This document shows positions 1 through 8,659 of a stretch of DNA of 64,000 bases, one piece after another. The DNA comes from an uncultured Verrucomicrobiota bacterium. GTDB lineage: Bacteria > Verrucomicrobiota > Verrucomicrobiia > Limisphaerales > UBA1319. Below the pieces are notes generated by a model. That model had not been told where the DNA came from, ran no database searches, and saw nothing but the letters and a program-made list of their open reading frames with translations. The stretch lies in contig CAYPCQ010000025.1 of the NCBI GenBank assembly GCA_964409245.1, positions 8,429 through 72,428 on the forward strand. Reading direction: 5' to 3'. The position numbers and the translations under genes are program-made. The first letter of the stretch is position 1, and every line of letters begins with the position of its first letter.

Positions 1-3000
1 CGCGGTGATCGGCACCCCGGAATATATGGCTCCCGAGCAATGCCAGGGCCAGGAAGTGACGGTGGCCAGCGATGTGTTCAGCCTGGGCGTGATTCTTTAC
101 CAATTGCTGGCCGGTGAATTGCCCTTCCGGGGCCATGCGCCTTTGGAAACGATGCAATTGGTGGTGGGAACCGAGCCGCGCAGGCCGGGATTGCTGAATC
201 CGGCGGTCGATCCCTATCTGGAGGCCATCACGCTGAAATGTTTGGAGAAGGATCCCAGCCGGCGTTACGAATCGGCCCGGGCTTTGGCGGCGGACCTGGC
301 GCGCTGGCAAAACCACGAGACCGTCCTGGCGCGGCCCGCCTCGCCGCCCGCGCGGGCCTGGAAATGGGTGCGGAGGAATCAAGTTTGGGCGGCCATGCTC
401 GGCGTGGTCGCGGCGAGCCTGGCGGGCTTCACCCTCATGGCGGTGCTCAACAGCCGGCGGTTCCAGCGGGAGCGGGACCAGGCGGAATTGCACCAGGCGG
501 AGGCCTTGCTGCGGGAAGGGCAGGCGCTGGCGGCCAGCGGCCGCCCGGCCGAAGCCAAGGACCGGATGGAAAGCGCGCGCCAGCTTTTCCTGGCCAAGCA
601 GGCAAACCCGCTGGCCGCAGAGCTGAGCCTGGCGGAGGTTTACCGGTTTTCGCCGCCCCCGGTGATGACCTTGAAGGGCCACCGGGGCGGAGTCGCCTGC
701 GCCGCCATTTCGCCGGATCAAAGCCGCGTGTGGTCGGGCGGCGAGGATGGCGCCATCATCGCCTGGGCGTTCCCCACCGGGCGCCGGGAAACAGGCTGGG
801 CGGCGCACCCGGGCGGCGTCACGGCCCTGGCGGTGGCGCCGGACGGATCATGCTGCGTGTCGGGCGGCGCCGACAAAAAAGTATGCGTCTGGGACACCCA
901 GGGAAGGCTGGTCCGGACCCTCGAGGGCCACCAGGCATTGGTGTCCTCGTTAAGCTTTGCGCCCGAGGGAGACCGGCTGGCCTCCGCCAGCTGGGACCGG
1001 ACGATCCGGCTTTGGCGGTGGCCGTCCGGGGAGGCCAGCCTGGTGATTCAAACGGATTTCGACCGCATGCGGCGGATCGTTTTTTCCCCGGATGGCCGCG
1101 AGATCCTGGCCGGCAGCGGGAAGGGAGGCTTTGGCGTCTGGAGGCTCAATGATCTGGCGCAGCCCTTGAAAAATGCGGCCTACTACAGCGGGGTGAGCGC
1201 CACCTTCATGGCCCATGCCAGCCAAATCCTGTATGGCACCGAGGCAGGCTTGCTCAATGTGATGGACTTGGTGAATGATGCCGTCAATAATCAAACGCAA
1301 TTAGGCTCCGCCATCACCGGTGTCGCCTTCGACCCATTACCCAGGAGCGCGATCGCCGGCCTGGTGGATGGCAGTGTGGCGGTGGTTGATTTCACAGTCA
1401 GCAGCCCAACCCCGCGGCTGCGGTTCTCCGGCCATGCCAGCGCGGTGACGGCGCTGGCCGCCTTTCCCGGCGGGCGCCTCATCGCTTCGGCGAGCCAGGA
1501 TGGCACCGTCCGGGTGTGGGACGATCTGCCCCGGGAATATCCCCTTGATTTCACCAACCATGAATTCCCAACCAGGGATCAGCGGAATATCCCGCCCGAG
1601 GAATTCGGCCGGCTGCCGGCTGGCTACAGCTTAAACGCTTACACTTTGAGTACGGCCGTCTTCTCCCCGGACAGCCGGCTCATTTTGTCGGCGGGGGAAT
1701 CGGGAACGATCCGGCTCTGGGACCTCTTTACGGGCCAATTGCTGGGGGATTTCGCCGGCCACCAGGGGGCCGTGCTGGATGTGGCCTTTTCCCCGGATGG
1801 CCGGCGGGCGGTTTCCAGCGGACAGGATGGGACGCTCAGAGTATGGGATATTGCTTCGGGGAAGGAGCTTAAACAATGGCGAGTGGAGCAGGCCACGATC
1901 TGCCGTACCCGCTTTTCAGCGGACGGCCGGCTGGTGATCGGAGCGGAAGGCCCTAAAGATTATCCGGCGGCAGCGGCGGATGGGGCCCACCGTTTCGAGG
2001 TGCAGGTTTGGGAAGCGGACACGGGGCGGAAGGTATGCGCCGCCGAAGCCCATCGCGGCGGCGTGTTCGCCCTGGCCCTTTCACCGGACGGCCAGCGCCT
2101 GGTCACCGGGGGTGGGGACGGCCTGGTCAAATTGTGGGATGCGGCCACCTGGCAGGTGGTCCGTGGCTTTCAAGCCGAGCCGAGCCTGGTTAACGACCTG
2201 GCTTTCACACCGGACGGCCAGGAATGCGTTTCGGTTGGCGGGCTCCGGATGGTGAAGCTGTGGGACTTGCGCCATGGGCTCGAGCTGAAAACATTCCCGT
2301 TAAAGGAGCGAGCGACCTGCCTGGCTGTGGGCGGAAATAATCCGTGGCTGTTGATCGGGATGGAGAACGGCAGCCAGAAACTGTGGGATCTGAAGGCGGA
2401 ACGGGAGCTATACCAGTTTCCGCAGGTGGAACCGGGGCAATGCTCAGCGGTGGCCATGGCTCCGGATGGAGGGCGATTTTTGTCCGTAAATTCCTTGAAA
2501 AAGTTTTTCCTGTGGGATCTGAACCGCTGGGCGGATTGGAACCGGCTGGAGCAGGCCGCCGCCGGCGCCCAAGCCGCCCTCCAGACCAATGCGCAACTGG
2601 GGGCGGCGCTGCAGGCGCTGGGGAATTGGCACCAATTCCTGGGCCTTTGGGAAACTGCGGGTGGATTGTATGAGCAGGCGCGGGGCGCGGGGGCGGATAT
2701 CCCGAGCCTGGCTTTGGCCCGCTGCCACTGGCAGCGCCAATGCTTTGAGCGGGCGCTCGCCGAGCTGGGCCGGGCGGCCAGCCGGCAGGAAGCACCCGAA
2801 TATTATCTGCAATTATGCGCGCAAGCGATCAACCGGCAATGGGCGGCCCAGAGCGCTCCGAAAAACACCAACCGCCCGGCGCCAGCCTTTCCCGCGCCGG
2901 ATGCGGGCGCCATCGTCCGCCAGCCCAATCCCGGCGAAGGGAAGGATATTTGGACGACCTCCCATTTGTCCTATGCGCCGGGCAGTGAGGCGCCCGGCGG

Positions 3001-3502
3001 GGGCATGGCTGATGAGGCATTACGGGTGGGCGGCTGGGGGGATCAATATTGCTCCCTGCTGGAGTTTAAATTGGCGGGGATGCCGGCACAGGCGGATTCG
3101 GCGGTCCTTTATTTGTACTGTGCCAGGACGGTCGGTGGTGGCGCCCGGATGTGCCTGGACCGGATAACCCAGCCTTGGGATTGGAAAAACTCCGGCACCG
3201 GGCGCGACCGGGAACGCCTTTGGTGGGCGGACCGCCCGCCCGCCGCTCCGTGGAAAGACCAGGTTTTGCCCGCGCCGGGGGCCGGGCAATGGTATGCGAT
3301 CGAGATCACGGACCTTTACAATGCCTGGCAGAATGGCGTCTGTCCGAATCATGGGGTGCAGCTCCGGCCGGAAAAGCAACCCAATGAGCGCTTCAACTAT
3401 TTCTTCAGCTCCCGCTATCCTAACGTTCCCCCGCTCAGGCCAAAACTGGTCGTCATCCCCCAAAAGGACCAGAGCAAAGATTTATCCAAGGTGGAAAAAT
3501 GA
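1..3502 (+). CDS. Ser/Thr protein kinase (5' end cut by window edge) with TM anchor, WD40 beta-propeller repeats, TPR-like region and C-terminal DNRLRE/CBM-like beta-sandwich
   Basis: The frame is open to the window edge and starts inside kinase subdomain VIII (GTPEYMAPEQ). DVFSLGVILYQLL and LKCLEKDPSRRY follow. One hydrophobic helix is present (VWAAMLGVVAASLAGFTLMAVL). There are many WD40-like units (GHxGGV..SPDG..SGGxDGxIxxW, ASQDGTVRVWD, GQDGTLRVWD, GGDGLVKLWD). The C-terminal segment GGWGDQYCSLLEFKLAGMP..AVLYLY..ITQPWDW is typical of DNRLRE-type carbohydrate-binding-like domains. Confidence 0.85.
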   Translation, partial: AVIGTPEYMAPEQCQGQEVTVASDVFSLGVILYQLLAGELPFRGHAPLETMQLVVGTEPRRPGLLNPAVDPYLEAITLKCLEKDPSRRYESARALAADLARWQNHETVLARPASPPARAWKWVRRNQVWAAMLGVVAASLAGFTLMAVLNSRRFQRERDQAELHQAEALLREGQALAASGRPAEAKDRMESARQLFLAKQANPLAAELSLAEVYRFSPPPVMTLKGHRGGVACAAISPDQSRVWSGGEDGAIIAWAFPTGRRETGWAAHPGGVTALAVAPDGSCCVSGGADKKVCVWDTQGRLVRTLEGHQALVSSLSFAPEGDRLASASWDRTIRLWRWPSGEASLVIQTDFDRMRRIVFSPDGREILAGSGKGGFGVWRLNDLAQPLKNAAYYSGVSATFMAHASQILYGTEAGLLNVMDLVNDAVNNQTQLGSAITGVAFDPLPRSAIAGLVDGSVAVVDFTVSSPTPRLRFSGHASAVTALAAFPGGRLIASASQDGTVRVWDDLPREYPLDFTNHEFPTRDQRNIPPEEFGRLPAGYSLNAYTLSTAVFSPDSRLILSAGESGTIRLWDLFTGQLLGDFAGHQGAVLDVAFSPDGRRAVSSGQDGTLRVWDIASGKELKQWRVEQATICRTRFSADGRLVIGAEGPKDYPAAAADGAHRFEVQVWEADTGRKVCAAEAHRGGVFALALSPDGQRLVTGGGDGLVKLWDAATWQVVRGFQAEPSLVNDLAFTPDGQECVSVGGLRMVKLWDLRHGLELKTFPLKERATCLAVGGNNPWLLIGMENGSQKLWDLKAERELYQFPQVEPGQCSAVAMAPDGGRFLSVNSLKKFFLWDLNRWADWNRLEQAAAGAQAALQTNAQLGAALQALGNWHQFLGLWETAGGLYEQARGAGADIPSLALARCHWQRQCFERALAELGRAASRQEAPEYYLQLCAQAINRQWAAQSAPKNTNRPAPAFPAPDAGAIVRQPNPGEGKDIWTTSHLSYAPGSEAPGGGMADEALRVGGWGDQYCSLLEFKLAGMPAQADSAVLYLYCARTVGGGARMCLDRITQPWDWKNSGTGRDRERLWWADRPPAAPWKDQVLPAPGAGQWYAIEITDLYNAWQNGVCPNHGVQLRPEKQPNERFNYFFSSRYPNVPPLRPKLVVIPQKDQSKDLSKVEK

Positions 3503-3505
3503 GCC

Positions 3506-4060
3506 TCAAGGATCGCCTGCCGCGGACGGAGAGTCTGGCCGGAGGCGGTCAGCGGCCTGCTGGAGGAGGTTTTTGGCCCTGGCCTCCACCCAGGGCTGGC
3601 CCAGCGCCCAGGCGATGCCTTGGAGGAAATCCCCCGCCGCCATTTTCGTGATTTGGCTGGCGCCGGCAGCGGCAATGGACAGCAGGTAAAACAGGTAAGC
3701 CACCTGCCAGGCGGGTGAGCCATCCGGGTATTCCCGGGTTTGGCGTTTGAAAAAATCCTTGCTGCGCTTGAGGAGCGCCAGCGGCGGCCGCGGATGGAAA
3801 AGCAAATCCCCGAATGATTCCAGGTGGCCTGCAACCGCCGCGCCCTGGGCGCCATCCTGCGGGTGGCTGCCCGGCAGGCCCAATCCTGAATCCCCGGGAT
3901 CAAGCGCCAGCGGCGCCGCAAACTGGGAGCGCGCCAAGGCGGGAAGGGCCTGTTCATCCCATTCAGGCTCCCATGCGTCCAGGCTGAAAAGTCGTAAAAG
4001 CCGGGTGGCTCTTGCAGCCCGGCGGTCGGGTGAGGGTGTCGAATCGATAATATCGGCCAT
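3506..4060 (-). CDS. hypothetical protein co-transcribed downstream of the ECF-like sigma gene
   Basis: ORF 3506..4093 trimmed to ATG 4060 (MADIID), which follows a G-rich SD-like run. It lies 50 nt downstream of the sigma stop on the same strand. It has no Cys and therefore no zinc anti-sigma motif. No domain was recognised. GC3-rich codon use looks like coding sequence. Confidence 0.5.
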   Translation of the reverse strand: MADIIDSTPSPDRRAARATRLLRLFSLDAWEPEWDEQALPALARSQFAAPLALDPGDSGLGLPGSHPQDGAQGAAVAGHLESFGDLLFHPRPPLALLKRSKDFFKRQTREYPDGSPAWQVAYLFYLLSIAAAGASQITKMAAGDFLQGIAWALGQPWVEARAKNLLQQAADRLRPDSPSAAGDP

Positions 4061-4110
4061 AAAACCTGCCCCCCTTACGCACACCCTCCTCAAATCTTGC
4101 GCCGATCAGC

Positions 4111-4857
4111 TCAATTTTTTTGGGAAAAAGCGGCCAGGAAATGCCGGAATTCCGCGATCTCCTCCAGGGCGGAGGGGCCGTCCCGTTCATATTCGGCGAT
4201 GACCGTGATGAGCTGCCGCTGGAAAATCCGCTTGGCGGTCGCGAGCAGATTCTGAGCCTGCGCGGGTGATTTTAAGCCACATTGTTTGACTAGTTCCTCA
4301 TAATCCATGGGCTCCAAATCCTCAAGGATGGGGCGGAACAAGCGCCGTCTGGCCACTTCCCATATCAGCTGGCGGCTGGGTTTCCCCGGGATCGGGGTTT
4401 TGCAGGCCAGCTCCATGCGCCGGCAGGTCTCCGCCACGATCGCCTCCGCCCAAGCCAGGTTGAACAAGCCGCTGGCCGGCTCTCCGGCGGGGGGATCGAA
4501 CCCGGTGGCCTCCAGGGAGGCGGGCGCCTTGGCCTCCTTGCGCAAACGGTTGATGACGAAATTAGTGAGGCTGGTTTTCAGGAAATTCCGGAACCGGCCT
4601 TTCGCGGGATCGGCCCGGTTCAGCCAGCCCTCCTGGAGGATCTTATCGACGCAAAAATCCTGCACGATCTCCTCCGCCTGCCCCTCCAGGCCGGGAAAGG
4701 ATTCGAGGAGATGGATTTTTAAAGGTTTTTGGTATCTCAGAATCATCCGGTTGAATTCCTCCGGATCTTTATCGGCAGGTTTGACGAGCCTCGCCAACCG
4801 GCTCCAGTCGGTGGGCGGCCAAACCGTTCTGCGAGGGGTCGGGGTCCGCGTCTCCAT
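4111..4857 (-). CDS. ECF-type RNA polymerase sigma factor (sigma-70 family)
   Basis: ORF 4111..5232 trimmed to ATG 4857 (METRTP). Region 2-like segment: AEEIVQDFCVDKIL..RFRNFLKTSLTNFVINRLRKE. Region 4 HTH-like segment: YEELVKQCGLKSPAQAQNLLATAKRIFQRQL. Confidence 0.7.
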   Translation of the reverse strand: METRTPTPRRTVWPPTDWSRLARLVKPADKDPEEFNRMILRYQKPLKIHLLESFPGLEGQAEEIVQDFCVDKILQEGWLNRADPAKGRFRNFLKTSLTNFVINRLRKEAKAPASLEATGFDPPAGEPASGLFNLAWAEAIVAETCRRMELACKTPIPGKPSRQLIWEVARRRLFRPILEDLEPMDYEELVKQCGLKSPAQAQNLLATAKRIFQRQLITVIAEYERDGPSALEEIAEFRHFLAAFSQKN

Positions 4858-5082
4858 AATACTCCAAGGCAAGCTATTTTCGGAGATATTTTCGGATTTG
4901 CCTGGGCATCGCAAGGTAAAAATGCCGGCTGGTCCGGCGGCGGCCGCCCCAGCCAGCCTCGCCACCGGGGGCCGGCTTTGGGCGGGATCCGGCTTTTGCT
5001 TGCTTGAACCCAGGGTTTTTGCTAGTCGTAAGGGCTGGAAACAGCTGAGCCAAAGGCAAACCATGGGCAAACGGATCCATTC

Positions 5083-6051
5083 ATGATTTTGAGGCCGGCG
5101 ACTCAAATCCGAAGGGCGGCCGGAGCGAAGCCGCCAAGCCTGGCCGCCTTCACGCGGGCAGTGCTGGCGTTTGGGGTTTTCGGTTTCAGCCTGATCATCG
5201 CGCTCGCCTGGTTTTTCACCAATCCGGCCCATTATAATTTCGACACCTACGAGCTGAGCCTGCAGACGGCCAATGCCGGCACGCTGGTCCCTGCCCGATC
5301 AGAGGTCCGTTTATCGGGCGTCAAAATCGGCTGGGTGGACCGCCTGATCTGGAACGAGATCCAAAACCGCATCCAGATCAAGGTGAAAATCGAACGGCAG
5401 TTTGACATTGGCGCCAACTCGGCGTTTGCGGTGCTGCCGGAAGGCTTGCTGGGGGACCAGGTGGTCAACGTCACCCCCGGCCACATGGGATCGCGCCTGC
5501 TGGTGGATGCCGAAACGGTCCCCTGCCTCGAGCCGGTGAGCTTTTCGGACATGGGCCGCCGGATCAATGAAGCGCTGCATCGCTACCGGAAAAGCACCAA
5601 CCAGTGGGCCACGGAATCCATCGAAAAAATCCCCCTGGTGTCCTCGCAATCCATTGCGTCCATCTCCGGCATGATCAGCCATTGGTCCAGCCCCACCGGG
5701 GCATTCCACCAGGCGGAGCAGTGGCTGGCCTGGCCCGACGCCCACGGATCCAATCTCACGGCCGCCATTAGCCAGCTTCCGAAAACGGCCGCCTCCCTGT
5801 CCAACCAGCTGGCGGGCGGCCAGTGGGAGCGGATGAGCGAGCCGGTGGGCGGCGCTTCCAACCTGGCCCTGAGCATCCTGGAAACCACCCGCAAGGTGGC
5901 GGCTTCGGAGGCGTTGCGGTCGCTGGCGTGCGACACCACCAACCGCCAGCAATGGGAGGATCGCCTGCGCAGCTCGGTGGCCGGGGTGGAAAACTTCCTG
6001 GCGGGGCGGCAAAAAACCAAATCCGAATGCAAGGATTGCCATGGCCGGTGA
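5083..6051 (+). CDS. MlaD/MCE-domain protein (paralog 1)
   Basis: N-terminal TM (VLAFGVFGFSLIIALAWFF) followed by the MCE core VRLSGVKIGWVDRL..LLGDQVVNVTPG. First gene of a tightly packed + strand operon. Confidence 0.8.
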   Translation: MILRPATQIRRAAGAKPPSLAAFTRAVLAFGVFGFSLIIALAWFFTNPAHYNFDTYELSLQTANAGTLVPARSEVRLSGVKIGWVDRLIWNEIQNRIQIKVKIERQFDIGANSAFAVLPEGLLGDQVVNVTPGHMGSRLLVDAETVPCLEPVSFSDMGRRINEALHRYRKSTNQWATESIEKIPLVSSQSIASISGMISHWSSPTGAFHQAEQWLAWPDAHGSNLTAAISQLPKTAASLSNQLAGGQWERMSEPVGGASNLALSILETTRKVAASEALRSLACDTTNRQQWEDRLRSSVAGVENFLAGRQKTKSECKDCHGR

Positions 6052-7078
6052 GCAAGCCAGGCGCTGGTTTTTCAGCGCCAATTTCATCGTGGCCTGCCTG
6101 ATCATCGTGGCGGTCTCGGTGGGCTACACCGCTTATCTGTCGGCCTCCGCCAATTACGAGCTGGCTTTTATCACGTCCAACACCGGCGGCATCACCCGGC
6201 ATTCGCCGGTGATGTACGGCGGTGTGATGGTGGGGCGGGTGGAGCAGGTCCATCCCGTACAAAACACGGCCCAGCCCCGGGCGGTCATCCGCCTGCGGAT
6301 CTTCAAGAAATACTGCCGGATCCCCGAGGCGAACCAGACCAACAACCTCGTGGGCATCACCGTCATCCAGGATCCGTTCGACACCGCGGGCCGCATCCTG
6401 ATCCCCACCAATGCCGTGTTTTCAATCGACAAGGTCAACTTGCTGGCGGACCAGGTGGTGTCGATCAGCCCCCCGCGGGTGCCCAAGGCATTCCTCAAGA
6501 ACAGCGACAATGTTTATGGGCAGGCCTCGCTGGAGCTGGGCAATATCTTCGGGGAGGTCTCCGGCTATCTGGCGGGCTTCAGCCAGGCGGGCAAACTGCT
6601 GGGCGTCACCACGCGCAAGGTCACCGCCACGCTGGCGTCGCCGCAGGTCACCCGGGATGCCAGCCTGATCAAAACCAACCTGGAGCGGATCGGCGGGGAG
6701 CTGGGTGAATTGCAGGCGCATGCCGCGGAGGTGGCGCGGGACAATGAAGCCCACGTGCAGGCCACGCTGGAAAATTACCGGCGGCTGACCAACCACCTGG
6801 CCCTGGCGGCCCGGGAATTCCAGAGCCTGGCCGAGCCGGTCAACCAAGCGGTGGACTCCATCCGGCGCAGTCTGGGCCAGGGCGAGCTTTTGCTGGCGGA
6901 GGCGCGGAAATCCCTGCGCACGGGCCGCGGCCTGGCGGGCCTGTTTATGCATAACAAACCATTCCGGAGCGAGTTCAGATTCATGAGCCGCCAGCTGCAG
7001 TGTTTTAACGCGCGGATGACCCAGTTTGGCCTGGCATTCAATCCCGAACTGAAGGAGAACCGAAAATCCAAACCATGA
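6041..7078 (+). CDS. MlaD/MCE-domain protein (paralog 2)
   Basis: TM FIVACLIIVAVSVGY and MCE core VMYGGVMVGRVEQV..LLADQVVSISPP. Overlaps the upstream gene by 11 nt. Confidence 0.8.
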   Translation: MAGEQARRWFFSANFIVACLIIVAVSVGYTAYLSASANYELAFITSNTGGITRHSPVMYGGVMVGRVEQVHPVQNTAQPRAVIRLRIFKKYCRIPEANQTNNLVGITVIQDPFDTAGRILIPTNAVFSIDKVNLLADQVVSISPPRVPKAFLKNSDNVYGQASLELGNIFGEVSGYLAGFSQAGKLLGVTTRKVTATLASPQVTRDASLIKTNLERIGGELGELQAHAAEVARDNEAHVQATLENYRRLTNHLALAAREFQSLAEPVNQAVDSIRRSLGQGELLLAEARKSLRTGRGLAGLFMHNKPFRSEFRFMSRQLQCFNARMTQFGLAFNPELKENRKSKP

Positions 7079-7836
7079 GGACCATGCTTGTCGAATTGGG
7101 GAAATTGATGATCTTTGTGAGGCAGATCTTCAGCTCCTTTTTCCATCTCAAACTCGCCCGCGAAAAAGCCGAGATCATCAAGCAGATGTTCCACCTGGGG
7201 GTCAAATCCCAGTCCGTGATCATGATCACCGGGGCGTTCACCGGCATGGTGCTCTGCGCGCAGACCTACCTGCAATTCGAGAAGCTGAAGATGGAGAGCG
7301 CCTCCATGGCGGTCGTGGGGGTGGCCATGTGCACCGAGCTGGGCCCGGTGCTGACGGCCCTGATGATGGCGGGCCGGGTGGGGGCGTCCATCACGGCCCA
7401 CCTGGGGACCATGAACGCCAACCACCAGATCGACGCGCTCCGCACCCTGGGCACCCATCCTTTTGATTACCTGGTGGCGCCCCGCGTGGTGGCCACCATG
7501 GCCGTCTCCCCCATCCTGGTGGCGGAATCCATTTCCCTGGGGATCATCGCCGGGTTTGTGGCGGGATCGGCGATCCTGGGCATGAACTTTTTCTACGCCT
7601 ACTACAACATGATCCGCTACACCCACATGGGCCATGTATTGATCGGTTTCATCAAGTCGGTTTTCTTCGGGGCCTTGATCTCCTCGATCAGCTGCTACAA
7701 AGGGATGCATTGCGAAAAAAGCGCCGAGGGGGTGGGCATATCCACCACCGAATCGGTGGTCACCGCCTCGATCGCGATCCTGATCTCGAATTTTTTCCTG
7801 ACCCTGTGCCTCAAGAACCTCGTCAACGTGTTTTAA
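7075..7836 (+). CDS. mlaE: MlaE-family ABC transporter permease
   Basis: Multi-pass membrane protein with the MlaE signature LGPVLTALMMAGRVGASITAHLGTMNANHQIDALRTLG. ATGA start/stop overlap with the upstream gene. Confidence 0.9.
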   Translation: MRTMLVELGKLMIFVRQIFSSFFHLKLAREKAEIIKQMFHLGVKSQSVIMITGAFTGMVLCAQTYLQFEKLKMESASMAVVGVAMCTELGPVLTALMMAGRVGASITAHLGTMNANHQIDALRTLGTHPFDYLVAPRVVATMAVSPILVAESISLGIIAGFVAGSAILGMNFFYAYYNMIRYTHMGHVLIGFIKSVFFGALISSISCYKGMHCEKSAEGVGISTTESVVTASIAILISNFFLTLCLKNLVNVF

Positions 7837-7842
7837 GCGCTT

Positions 7843-8655
7843 ATGGCCATGACCGGACCCGCACCTTTTGCCTGCCACAACATCGCCGTCGACCGCCTGA
7901 CGAAATCGTTCGGCGCCAAGCCGGTGCTGCACCAGATCTCCTTCAACGTGCGCCCGGGGGAAATCCTGGCCATCGTGGGCAACAGCGGCTGCGGCAAAAG
8001 CGTGCTGCTGCGCCACCTGGTGGGCCTGGAGATGCCGGACCACGGCGAAGTGCGGATCGCCGATGAAAGCCTCGGGGAACTGGACGACCGCGAGCTGCTG
8101 GAGGTGCAGAAGAATTTCGGCGTGCTCTTCCAGGGGGGGGCGTTGATCGATTATTTGACGGTCAAGGAAAACGTGAGCTTCCGGCTGCAGCGGGAAGGGC
8201 TGCTGGCGCCCGGGGAGATCAAGCAGCTCGCGGTGGAGGCCCTGGCCATGGTGGGGCTGGAGGAGGCCGGCGACCACGACAAAAAGCCGGCGGAGCTTTC
8301 CGGGGGCATGCGCAAGCGGGTGGGCCTGGCCCGGGCCATTGTGGCCTCGCCCAAGATCCTGCTCTATGACGAGCCCACCTCCGAGCTGGATCCGGTTTAT
8401 TCCAACGTGATCGACGACCTGATCCTGCGGGTCTGGGAGAAAAAGAAGGCCACTTCGATCGTGATCACCCACGACGTGCGGACCCTGAAGCGGATCCGCC
8501 ACCGGGTGCTGATGCTGAAGGGTGTGCAGCCGGAGGATTGCCGGGACCCGGCGGCGAGCAACCTCATTTTTGACGGGACGGTGGCGGAATTCCTGGCCTC
8601 CAGCCAGCCTGAAATCCTGGAATATTTGCGGCGGTACAAAGAAGAAAACGAGTGA
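7843..8655 (+). CDS. mlaF: MlaF-type ABC transporter ATP-binding protein
   Basis: Walker A GNSGCGKS, ABC signature LSGGMRKRVGLARA, Walker B ILLYDEPTSELD. Confidence 0.92.
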   Translation: MAMTGPAPFACHNIAVDRLTKSFGAKPVLHQISFNVRPGEILAIVGNSGCGKSVLLRHLVGLEMPDHGEVRIADESLGELDDRELLEVQKNFGVLFQGGALIDYLTVKENVSFRLQREGLLAPGEIKQLAVEALAMVGLEEAGDHDKKPAELSGGMRKRVGLARAIVASPKILLYDEPTSELDPVYSNVIDDLILRVWEKKKATSIVITHDVRTLKRIRHRVLMLKGVQPEDCRDPAASNLIFDGTVAEFLASSQPEILEYLRRYKEENE

Positions 8656-8659
8656 ACCT

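Noticed and set aside
4858-5082. CTGGAAACAGCTGAGCC in the sigma/MlaD divergent spacer, with sigma54-like GG/GC spacing.
   Set aside because: There are mismatches at most conserved -24 and -12 positions apart from GG and GC.
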